From the NCBI GenBank assembly GCA_051294905.1, contig CM119376.1, forward strand, positions 1,798,001-1,862,000: a stretch of DNA of 64,000 nucleotides. The letters run 5' to 3'. Made by a program: the position numbers and the translations under genes. The notes under the pieces were generated by a model, which saw only the letters and a list, made by a program, of their open reading frames with translations, did not search any database and was not told where the DNA came from. Shown here one piece after another: positions 12,801 through 22,846 of this stretch (the first letter of the stretch is position 1; each line of letters begins with the position of its first letter). Source of the DNA: Botryllus schlosseri (lineage: Eukaryota).

Positions 12801-15800
12801 TGACCGCAGACTCTACATACCTCGATCCGCTAAATTGAAAATCGACATTCAACCATATTTTTGTAAAAGAATTTATTGCATGGCGCAATATATCATGAAA
12901 TAATGCACCACGTGTGTAATGCAATAGCAAATCGAAATAATAACAAACCAGCACATCTAGCACCAACACATGGAAAAACGTAAGAAACCATTATAGCATT
13001 GGCAACTGAAGTTATTGCAATTATATTCGTTGCCCACACTGCAATGATAATAGGTCAACTGCTTTGACAGAGTTACGCCGGATTTTCTTGCCTCTCTCGT
13101 GAATCATGGACGAATAAAATACTTTGAATCAAGAAAGTGCTTTGATTAGATGGAACCGGGATTTGATGCCTGGCTTTGCTGGTCGTCAAATTTTCATAAA
13201 TGACCTGCGCGTTGTGGACGGAAATCTCGAGCAGACACGAACACACCTTTCAATACCAGAATCGCGACCGGAGCATTGATGTGCCGGTGCATTTCTTTTT
13301 ATTCGCTACTACGGGAAATACGTGAAACATTTCCACCAGAAGTGAAGCCATTTACGGACATAAATTTGCTGTCATATCAATAGCGGAGATCTTGTAGCTC
13401 GCTGAAGAACATCATGGCAGTATTGGTGTATTAGTATGAATAGCAAAAATATTCAATATGCGTAATCTTCAACAGCAACAGAAAATACATTGCTAAAACC
13501 CGCGCATGTTATTTCGTAACATAATTTTACTTCCAGTTCGAAGAATCTTCTGTGCGACTAATTTTTGATTATAAGTATTCCAATAGATGGGCAATGGGCA
13601 TAACCAGCACATGTTAGGAGAAAAGATCTGCAAATGAATTTGATGTCTCGGAGATGCGCTGATTTAGGTCACGGGCGCTGGTTTATCTCACGCGCGCACA
13701 TTCACGCGAACGTCGTGGCGAATTGTATTTTGCGCAAAACGTTTTTATGTATTCAATCTGCATTTTGAACAGGCTATTCGATAGTATAAGATGTTATTTA
13801 TGGCTCGACGTATGCGTATTGATAATAGCTATCCATCTGTTATAGTTGTAATTGTCTACGACCAGAACAACCCAGGAAATTTTGGATTAAGTAAAGCGTG
13901 TTCGTGAAAATACGCTCAGTAATCATTAATGAGTGTGCCGTTTCGATCGGGTTAATACGCCTACTAATACTACCCCTTGTTTGACAACTGTGGTTGCATA
14001 GTTTGACCTATGACCCCCTGATTTTTTTTCACGCCTTCAAAAATCCCTCGTGCGTAATGTCATTTTCAATTACAGATATCTCCTGCTGACCAGGTGGTAT
14101 CTTTGGAAAGCTCTTGTAAAGGACTATTGAAGTCAAGCATAATATTAGTGGGGATTGGTCGTAACATTTGAAAAATTTCTAAAAAATTCCTTGAAAAATT
14201 GTTCAGTTTTTTAAAAAAATTTCCTTTCATGACAGGTTGCATTGGATTAAGTATTATATCTGTAGTATAGGTTCTGTTTTGTAAAGTGGTTGTGGCAAAA
14301 AGTTGTTACATTCCCAAAGCCAAAAATTAACTTCACTGGATGACCTAAATGATGACGAACGGGAGCTTCTGAGAATGAGGGTTTGAGCAGAATGCAACAT
14401 CAATACTAGTACTGATCTTTTAACTACTGGTACAATTTGCTGGCTTCACAAGTATAAATTTCTTGGCCAATATTCTGTATCATATAAGACCTGCTGTGAT
14501 GTATTTAAGTCCACAAAAAACCTATCAAAAGCCTTTCATCATTTTAGGCCATCGTCTTCAACAAAGCTAGGAGAAAAACGTGTCAGCCAAGACGATCAGT
14601 ATATGTTGGAAGTTGAGTTGAATGAACACTCTGAAAACCAAGATCACATATGTCAAAGTGAAATTATTCAAAACCAATTTTTATGCTCGGTTTATGACAA
14701 AAACTGGTACATTGGCATGGACATAGAGTTGGATGAGCCAAACAACGATGCCTTGGTTGACTTCATGCACCCTAAAGGTCCATCTCCGTTTTTTCACTGG
14801 CCCCAAAATGAGGACTGTTGTTGCACGCCATTCCAGCACTTTTTGTGCACAGTAGACGTTCCTTTTTTGGTCAATAATCATGGACAGTATGATCTGACAA
14901 ATAAAAGTCGATCAAGGTTGGGAAAAATATCATAAAAGATAAATGTATCTGACATTCTGATGTGTGAAAAGTAATCATCGCAGCACAATATAAAAACTAC
15001 AAAACCCACAGAACATTGATTTTTATTGTCATGTTTAGTGCTGATTGTCACCCGAATCCATTGTGTAGACACAAAAAATATTGTATCTTATCCCTGAGGT
15101 AGTCAAAGTAGTCAAGAAAGCTACTCAAGTAAAAGTAGAAGTAGCGACGAAAAGTCTACTCAAGTATGAGTATAAGTACTTCTTTCATAAGCAACCCAAA
15201 ACTACTTGAAGTAGAATTGGCTGGCTTTTAATCTACTCAAGTAAGTAGTTGTGAAAACGATCGTAATTCGTTCGCATGGACTGTCAAAAGCTGCAAATAT
15301 CGCTATGCTGAAGGTGTAGAGAGCTTGATTCATATTCATGCATCCCAGGGGGTGTCAATTTTTGACAGAATAAGCAGTCGTCCACATCATGGGATGTAAA
15401 TGATAGTATTGATATGGAAATGCGATACTAATCCTTTGTTTCCTCGAACACCCGGTTTTAGAGAAACATGGCATGGCGCCCTACCCCATCATAAGGCCTC
15501 TAGTTCAGTCAAAGAGCAATACGGAGAAGTTGTGTCGGATACGGCTTAACACATTGCGTGATTAGTATACGTTGATTAAAATTATGGCAGATCGTGTAGA
15601 GCTTTATTTTCGGAAAATAGAAGGCATTACTACACTTGCTTTTATACTTGAACATGTATGTTCTCCAGACAAAGGAACTGAAACTCCAAATAAAACTCAA
15701 CGTATAATACTCGTAATTGAAAGAAAAATACTAATACTAATTCGAAAAAGCAGAAAATATATTTCATTAAACTACTTCTACTTGACAAACTGAAAATAGC

Positions 15801-17811
15801 AAAAAGTAATTAGTTAACAAAATATTAGGAAGTAGAACTAAAAGTGGGTTTAGCAAGACTTTAACTCGAAACTGAGCAGTCAAAGCAATGAGTCGGACTC
15901 GAGTCATAATTACCATGACTTGGACTTGACTCTGTGTGTGTGGTGAATTAAAAATGACTCGACTTGACTCGAGCCAAAACTAAAAAAGTGAGATTGACTT
16001 GTGCCTCGCGACCTGGTTACAACCCTGATTCTGCTACAACCATCATGCAGAAAAATACGTTCACGGACCATGGTTGGGAACCACTGATTTAGGTGATGTC
16101 TTTCTTTCCTTACACTAGTTGCCTGTTTCAGGGCCTGCATCTGTGGGACATTGAGGACCGCGTGTTGGTACAGAAGTATCACGGTGTATTTCAAGGTTTT
16201 TATACGATTTTCTCCACCTGCGGAGGTGCCTCGGAGGAATTTATTGCATGCGGCAGCGATGGTAAGTCGCTACGGTTTTATCTCCCTGTGTCGTCATGGA
16301 ACTTGCAAGGTTTCCACTTTTTACTATCATTTTTCAATCGATCCAAGTGATTCTCAAGTCACACGGTCCTCGTTTTATCAACGATAATTATAGTTTCAAT
16401 GCTATTTTCCACTGTGAAAGGCTTTAAACCTTGATCGGTCGTATTGCAGCATTCGCAACTTGTAGTACGACCACGTTTGTGAAAATTGGATATCTGTACG
16501 GCAGTGATCAATTCACAGCACTGTCACTAAGTGCAATAAAATGGGTATGGTCAAAGAATATGAAATCACCTTCTAAGTGATGTGGAACTGGCATTATATT
16601 CTTTATGGTCGCATAAAGGTACATAGTTATTCAGGATAGAAACACACAGGTACTCAATTTTGCTCAGTCCCAGTATCAGTTGACTTCGCAAAATGTTATC
16701 CACGTGCAACATGGATTCATGCTATTTTTATGTCCATAGTCCAATAATTTTAGCTGCCTTCTTCGTATTGCCCGCATCAATGATTTCCAATTAGGATTGT
16801 ATCGTTCGTTGTCGGAATCAAGCCGAGAAGAAACCCGGTTTTGGCAGATGGAAAATTGATGTTTTCACTCTCACAGATCACAACGTGCACATCTGGCTGC
16901 GTAACAAGCCGAAGCCTGTCCAAACGTTAAGCGGGCATACCAAGACTGTTACGTGCGTCTCGTGGAATCCGGTCTATCACAACATGCTGGCCAGCGTGTC
17001 GGATGACTGCACCGTCAGGATATGGGGGCCGCCCGACGACGACGACAATGTCGAATCAGGTAATCATAACATGAGACAGTATGTGACGAAGTACTTCCAC
17101 CTTTTACTGGCACGCTTACATTTGGTCACTCAATCAATCAACTAATGATGAAAGTGCAGATAAGGAATAGTATATCTTACTTCTTCACTCTACCATTTCC
17201 AAGATATACGAAATTGTCTAAAATTATCCAAAGTAACCTGGCTTTACGGTGTTAAAAAGCTCTCTACCCCCAAAAAAAGTCACCAGTGGTTTTGTTTTCA
17301 CACTACTCCTTCTGCTTCTAATTTATTCTCAAAATTTGTAAATTAGAAGTAGTTTTGGGATTGGTTTGTATCGCTTTTGTGAGTGGACTTATCGTGTCAA
17401 TTGGCCGAAATAGCCCCTGTGTCCGTGGATCATGGTTGCAGGTTCCAAAATTGCTCTAATACTGGAGTCCTGGGTTATTTTGCGCAAGAATTGTAGTTTT
17501 GTGACTATGTTCAACTGCGGAAGCCTTAAAACCTTGGTTGGTCGTATCGCAGTATATGAAACTTGCAGTACAAAACTATGCACGTTAACTGCACGTTAGT
17601 GGAAACGGCATAGCTGTGACGTCGTGGTCGACCCACGTTGTCGCAAGGTGCAATGACAGAAAGGTGTCATCGAAAAATACCAAATTATCTTTAACGTGAT
17701 GTAAACTTGGCATTAGATTCTTTGTGGCCGCATAGAAGGTCGTTCATACCACTGTGATGAATTGAATCAAATCAATGAGATATTGTATTCTCTGCAGCCC
17801 CATATATATAA
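702..17811 (+). CDS. WDR26: WD repeat-containing protein 26 (CTLH/GID E3 ligase subunit), 5'-partial, 12 coding exons
   Basis: GT-AG exons with consistent phases: 702-858, 1687-1823, 3131-3228, 3580-3733, 6293-6431, 7480-7620, 8026-8145, 9702-9847, 10774-10852, 16132-16261, 16877-17059, 17798-17811(stop, least certain). Peptides match recalled WDR26 ([73 protein letters not shown]). Start exon(s) lie upstream of the window. Confidence 0.96.
1687..1823 (+). CDS. WDR26: WDR26 exon ([11 protein letters not shown]...VHELAG)
   Basis: tttcag| acceptor, gg|gtacgt donor. Confidence 0.92.
1905..3055 (+). repeat. 36-37 bp minisatellite (consensus ~CAACTAGAACTAGAACTACTCRCTTTTCAAAATCTG)
   Basis: About 10 units at 2696-3055 plus 1905-1989; shorter copies near 6530, 10455, 19410 (+) and 3470, 7320, 35660, 40440 (-). 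Confidence 0.8.
1990..2695. mobile_element. hAT-type MITE (706 bp)
   Basis: Termini cagcgctggccaacc...ggctggccacccctg; exact 8-bp TSD aactagaa (1982-1989, 2696-2703); interrupts a minisatellite. Confidence 0.8.
3131..3228 (+). CDS. WDR26: WDR26 exon ([32 protein letters not shown]); not in ORF track
   Basis: ttag| acceptor, g|gtattt donor; phases 2/1 fit neighbours. Confidence 0.9.
3580..3733 (+). CDS. WDR26: WDR26 exon ([24 protein letters not shown]...DHICSR); not in ORF track
   Basis: aacag| acceptor, ag|gtaacc donor. Confidence 0.92.
6293..6431 (+). CDS. WDR26: WDR26 exon, first WD40 repeat
   Basis: tgtcag| acceptor, ccc|gtaagt donor. Confidence 0.93.
7480..7620 (+). CDS. WDR26: WDR26 exon ([18 protein letters not shown]...IWNAL)
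   Basis: atgcag| acceptor, ctg|gtcaga donor, 47 codons. Confidence 0.9.
8026..8145 (+). CDS. WDR26: WDR26 exon (TGELKT...GQFYQC)
   Basis: ttttcgcag| acceptor, tgt|gtaagc donor. Confidence 0.93.
8274..8749. mobile_element. hAT-type MITE with GACTCGAGTC/GACTT subterminal arrays
   Basis: cagggtt...aaccctg termini; exact 8-bp TSD attcgtat; relatives near 5574, 11040, 15860-16027, 27500-28436, 28700-28880, 29830-30345, 49131-49657. Confidence 0.85.
9268..9414. mobile_element. 147-bp hAT-type MITE (TAGGGGTG TIR)
   Basis: taggggtgttcaaaaa...tttttaaacaccccta; exact TSD ctgtacac. Confidence 0.8.
9702..9847 (+). CDS. WDR26: WDR26 exon ([18 protein letters not shown]...MTDDE)
   Basis: gcgcag| acceptor, tg|gtaagt donor. 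Confidence 0.92.
10774..10852 (+). CDS. WDR26: WDR26 exon ([26 protein letters not shown])
   Basis: tttttcag| acceptor, cag|gtttgt donor. Confidence 0.92.
11532..13951. mobile_element. Non-autonomous piggyBac-type element (2420 bp)
   Basis: ttaa|cccgatcgaaacggc ... gccgtttcgatcggg|ttaa: perfect 15-bp TIR starting CCC, TTAA on both sides. Confidence 0.85.
14320..14935 (+). pseudogene. Decayed DNA-transposon protein relic (tentatively Sola2-like)
   Basis: Broken frames give [11 protein letters not shown]...[11 protein letters not shown] and [13 protein letters not shown], then YDKNWYIG...[15 protein letters not shown]; these resemble recalled N- and C-terminal motifs of a DNA-transposon protein family; the central catalytic part is absent. 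Confidence 0.45.
16132..16261 (+). CDS. WDR26: WDR26 exon ([18 protein letters not shown]...CGSD)
   Basis: tttcag| acceptor, g|gtaagt donor. Confidence 0.93.
16877..17059 (+). CDS. WDR26: WDR26 exon, last WD40 repeat (HNVHIW...VRIWGP...)
   Basis: ctcacag| acceptor, g|gtaatc donor. Confidence 0.92.
17798..17811 (+). CDS. WDR26: WDR26 probable terminal coding exon (APYI*)
   Basis: tattctctgcag| acceptor in matching phase 1, followed by UTR-like sequence with AATAAA at 18169 and 18324. Confidence 0.55.
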
Positions 17812-18323
17812 CCGCTCATCCTGACAAGATCATTTTCTTCACAGATCCTGATGCATCGGATGAGGATTGACTACGTCATCACAAGACTGCTCATGATTGG
17901 TGCCACACCGCACGCAGACTGCTTTCGTACAACGCACGTTACGAAGCCAAGATAGACATTTGAGCATATATAGGATTAGTAAAGTGAGAACGTATATGGT
18001 ATATAAGATTAATGTTGATTGTTGGACATTGATTTTTTGCGGATTGGTGGGAGCTGGATTGAGTGAACCTCGCATGTCTACGGAGACCGTACCACTACTT
18101 GTACTAGTACCTGATCATTCCTCAGTTGCTAACACTCTTTAGTAATGCCTTTTTTTGATTTGTCAATTAATAAAAGAGCCGAATTTTCAGGCTCGGACTT
18201 GCTCGGTACAGTTTGCATGGGAGTGCAGAGCTATATTGACGTCGCGTTGTTTAGAATGGAGAGAGACTTTATAACTTTCCTGCAGATACGTCTAGAAATG
18301 AATGAACAATTGAAGTGAACACA

Positions 18324-18340
18324 AATAAAATCATTTTATT
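18324..18340. terminator. Back-to-back polyadenylation signals (AATAAA on + at 18324-18329; AATAAA on - at 18335-18340)
   Basis: aataaaa-tca-ttttatt lies between the WDR26 and CNIH4 stop codons. Confidence 0.5.
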
Positions 18341-18484
18341 TAACTTGATGTGTTACAGAATACATGGCAGTCAGAGCGGCTCTAGGTAAATAAACTCAAT
18401 AGTATATTTTGTTGTCTGAGAAGGCAGTGTGTACCATCGTGTTGTGCATAGTACCACGGTTTGTTGACAAGGTTTACAGCACTG

Positions 18485-20361
18485 CTACGCAGCGGCGACC
18501 AACGAGTAGATTGTGCTGCAATACAAGAAGGCGAAAATGATTATTCTGATATCCAACTAGCTTTCGCACTATCCAGGAGTGGCTTTCAACAGACAGATTG
18601 CAACAAATAGATTTCAGTTCCATAAAATGCATCTGCGTCAGATGTTCAAAAATAACTTTTTTTCCCCGATTCCTTAGATTCACTAATTACAGCGTTAGGT
18701 TGCGTAAAATACCGAGCGTTCACTGTAATAAAATCGCTTTTACCAGTTGGTAGTGAGCAAAAATTGGTAAGCATCATGAGCTAACCTCGCCCCAAGAAAG
18801 GCATCTCAGAGCAGAATATCTTTTCTAAGATTGCAACCCGTTTTTAGTGAACTAGCACTTCCGATGAATCCCTTAAAATATCACACCACCCCTTGCCCAT
18901 ATCTAGTGAAACTACTTACTCGAATAGTTTGAGACCTCGAATTTCACATATATTAGCAGTAGTTTCAACATGTCTTGGAATGATATTTCTACTTCGGTAA
19001 CAACATTGGCTACTTTGCAGAGGTAGCAATAGGCTACATGTCAACAGATTATTTTCAAGACCTTTGACCATCAAATTCATTATTTTAAATCATGCACAAC
19101 TCGAATTCGAGTTGCAATGCTGAATCAGTGGACAGCTAGAACTGAAGTAGCGCAATATGGATTGATATGACTAGCCAGATCGGAATTACGCTCCACCTGC
19201 ACTCACCAATACAGATAGATGAAGAAAAAGACGACATGATTGGCAGCTTTCACCATAGATTCCTTCATGTGATACTGGATCAGTTTTCGGTTATGGATTT
19301 CCGTCGGGTCGTACATTCCAATGTTTCCGCTCGGGACATTGTAATACCTGTAACAGCAGCATCGGTCAGACTTTTACCGTAGGAATTACTGGGTTTTAAA
19401 AAGGTGCAGCTAGAATCCACATCTAGAACTACTCGCTTTTCGAAATGACCGATTAGAACTAAAACTACGGTATTCATTTTTATAAATGCTCAATTAGAAC
19501 TACTCCAAAATCTGCAACTTGTCCTAGAACTACTCAAAAACCAGTCGGGCCTAGTTAGTCAGACCATCAACCAACTGGACTGGCGATTAGAAGAAGTCTA
19601 CCTGTTACCAAACTGAGGAATAATCATAGTCACATTTCTTCACCTGTGAATAAGGTAAGCGAGCATCGGAACGTTGAGTGCGAATAAGAGCCATCGAAAT
19701 CCTATCAGCAACAACAAACACGACACAGACAGACTTGCTACCTCGGGAACGACAAAAGAATTTAATCGTTTACAACATGAAGCCGCGTTCAGGTAGTCAC
19801 ATTCCAGATCTGAAATAGTGACGATCTACAAATGATGATATTAAGGATCATATCATCAACACTGGATCAAGATTGTACGGAAGGGAATCTTCAACGCGAT
19901 CATAAACAATACAGTGCCTGTTCTATTTCACATAAAATCGAACATGCTATTTTATCGCACTTTGTGACAATACCGTGTGTTGATCCTGACTTCACAGATA
20001 TATCATAAGCCCTTATGTGCGTGGATTCGTATTACACGTTTCATAAGCTGTGATATGACCAATCGAGGTTTAAAGGCTTCTACAGTGGAAAATATTATCA
20101 AAACTATAGTTCCTGAGGATTAATCAATTCTTACTGGCAGGAAGGGTATCATTTCTCTCGCTATTGACAAGAATCACTAGAATTAAAACACCATTCAGAT
20201 TAGAGTGCTCCAACCATAGTTTGCAACCCTAGTGACATGTCAAAAATAGTAACATGCTACAATAAGTCTGATATTTCAAAGGATACAAAGTATATGGACG
20301 TGAACAGCAGAAATCCGGAATCAAGAAGAGTAGCTAAGAATATCAATGCATCACTGTACAT
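18485..20361 (-). CDS. CNIH4: Cornichon homolog 4 (ER cargo receptor), 142 aa, 4 exons
   Basis: Minus-strand exons 20361-20287 ([25 protein letters not shown]), 19825-19644 ([28 protein letters not shown]...[12 protein letters not shown]), 19347-19207 ([20 protein letters not shown]...FFFIYLY), 18515-18485 (TIYSLVAAA*); all GT-AG, 429 nt total; SDLECDY and [13 protein letters not shown] are CNIH4-type motifs. Mostly missed by the ORF track. Confidence 0.95.
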
Positions 20362-22846
20362 GTCTTGTTTCCTATTCTCAAATAGAAACCTGGCAAAGAC
20401 ACCTGCAAAAACGGAAAGACAATGAAATTCGCGCGTTGGAAAGAATGCAAAAGCAAATAAACATGCCGCACCGTACTCAAACACCTACAGCGCATTGCCA
20501 TAAGCACCACTTAATTAAAAACGTGATCACATTTTGAATACAGAATATCCTCGCATTGCGGATGCGTGTTGGCGATCTGATCTGACACCCACTGAATAGG
20601 CGTAGGCCTACATCCTGCCACAAAGGCTAATATACACAACACGCATCAATGCACCAAAGTTGAGTGCATGACCAATGAGCACAGGCTAGGCTACTATATA
20701 CTTGTAGCAAAAACAGTTTCAATTCAAGAAATAGGGTGTGGTGGTCAGTCACAATCGTCACTAAAACTTGTCCGAATTCGAACAAGTGGAAAAAATCTCA
20801 TATCCACAAGAAACTGGGCACATAGTATCTCAGAGATGTAAGAGGTAAGCAAAGTAAACAAAAAATACATGATCAGTGTCGACATAGCATTAGCATATCA
20901 TTATGAACACAGCTGGCAATTTGTTCACTCGGTAACTTCAATGCTACTGCATTAACATGAACAGACTCTACGTTTCAAGCATCCTTTATTAATCTTTTTT
21001 ATCTGTTTTCAAGAAAAAGATGGCACCTAACGACGCCAAGTTTAAACATTACACTGCCGAGACAAGTCACTTGTATCAATGTAAGCAAGTCTTTAAATTA
21101 AGCACTGTAGGCATAAATTCACGGACCAACTATAAGTCATAGCTATAGATCATAATCTCGATTTACAGACAAAAATTACGATCATTCAATTTATTAATAG
21201 TCTGCTGAAACAAGATATTGACACAGTATGCGCTGCAAAGAACGTAGGCTAGTTTACAAAACATTGTTAACTTCAGTACCAACGACGAACTCCGCATACA
21301 ACATTTACATATGTTGGCTACCTGTACTACTACGATAAAATCATTAAATAGCCATTGTAATTGGGAAAAATGGCACTTGTCCGCAATCATTCGTTCAATA
21401 GGCTTGCGGTAATGTATAGATCTGTTGTATTCCCACAAGACTCATCCTATCCACCCAGCAAATTTACATATATAAAAATGAGCAGATTGATTTTCAATTT
21501 ACGTGCATACAATTTATACATACAAGACAAGGAGATATTTCTGATATTTGTAAAAATCTTAGCAGATTGGATGAAGATACATCACTTTGGAGGACTAAAT
21601 AGACATGAACGAATTGCCATACAAATCATGATGTATTTAGGATAGTTTGTGTATTCGTGCCTTCTGTGCAATACATTCGAAGCTCGTTAACGAAATCAAG
21701 TAGCCTACACCGCTGAATAAACTCAACGATGTTTAGGCTATCAGTTGTATAGATTTCAGACGCACCATAGACAGTAGACAATACAGTTTGGCATAGCACG
21801 TATTATGAGACCTTAGGCAAATATTGGATGCCAATATATCACTATTAACGAGCGTATGAATCAGAATTAATTTTATTTGTTTTATGATCACCGAGTAGCC
21901 TGCTTTAATATCGTACTAGCCACAGAAAACAGAATTCAAGTTGCATTCCTGGGGTTGATTTGAATTCAAAATTCAGAGACTGAGACTAAAGAGGATTATA
22001 AATGACAATCCAGCAATTGGTTGGATTCGTTCAATTGTTTGAATAGCCTGATCTTTTTGACTTTGAATGTGAGAAGTTTTTATCACTCGTCAGATTTAGT
22101 TACACAAACAATAATTGTCATTTCTATTGAGAAAAATCACAAAAGACCAATATAGATAGCTGTGTTTACAGTTTTATAGTAGGCCTACATCACAAATAGC
22201 CCCAGGTCACTGACAAATCACCACGATTCCCACAAATCTTTTTTTAACATGTTAGAAAGCTTCAAAATTATATAAATGCACAGCTTACAAGGTAGTGAAG
22301 GTACTTTTCATGAATTCACATTGTCAGCGTAAACCTTCATTTCCTAACCTCATACATGACTTATTCATTGAAAAACCGACACTGTTTTAATACTGGGGAG
22401 GGGCAAAACGATTCTAGTCTACTCTAATTAGAGTCAAGTATCAATTGTAATGATTCGGGTCCAGTGGTGAATTTGATAGTCGATTTTTTTCAAGAAACGA
22501 AATGACGATCCTGACTAGGAAATATTTTGCCAACGAGCTATATAGTTTCAATACTTTGTTGCACCTTAAAAACTCTATTGGCCGAAGCTAACATGTTTCA
22601 CTGTTTCACCAATATTCATGAAACCACCTTTCACTCAAGTAGTGATTGGCCTTCACCAAATGATCACTAAGCAACATGATATCTTCGATGGATGCCGTGA
22701 AACCAGCATCGATCGACGCAGACATGATAGCAAACAAAATAAATGAAAAGCAATGCAATAAAGCGTCAAAAAAGATTTCAGAAATACTGTTTCATAAGTG
22801 GTAAATGTTTTACTGTAAAGCGTATCATGGTATCAACACACCACGA

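Noticed and set aside
300-20200. A ~250-nt intronic repeat (about 300-520, 5955-6160, 10015, 16388-16625, 17500-17745, 19930-20115) that looked always sense and near 3' splice sites, like an intronic snoRNA family
   Set aside because: An antisense copy exists at about 3990-4180 in a WDR26 intron that already holds a sense copy, and no C/D or H/ACA boxes are conserved; best read as an old dispersed repeat.
20390-20484. FEYGAACLFAFAFFPTREF as a DRAM/TMEM150-like exon
   Set aside because: No other exons of such a gene were found; it is the T-rich sequence upstream of the CNIH4 ATG read in frame.
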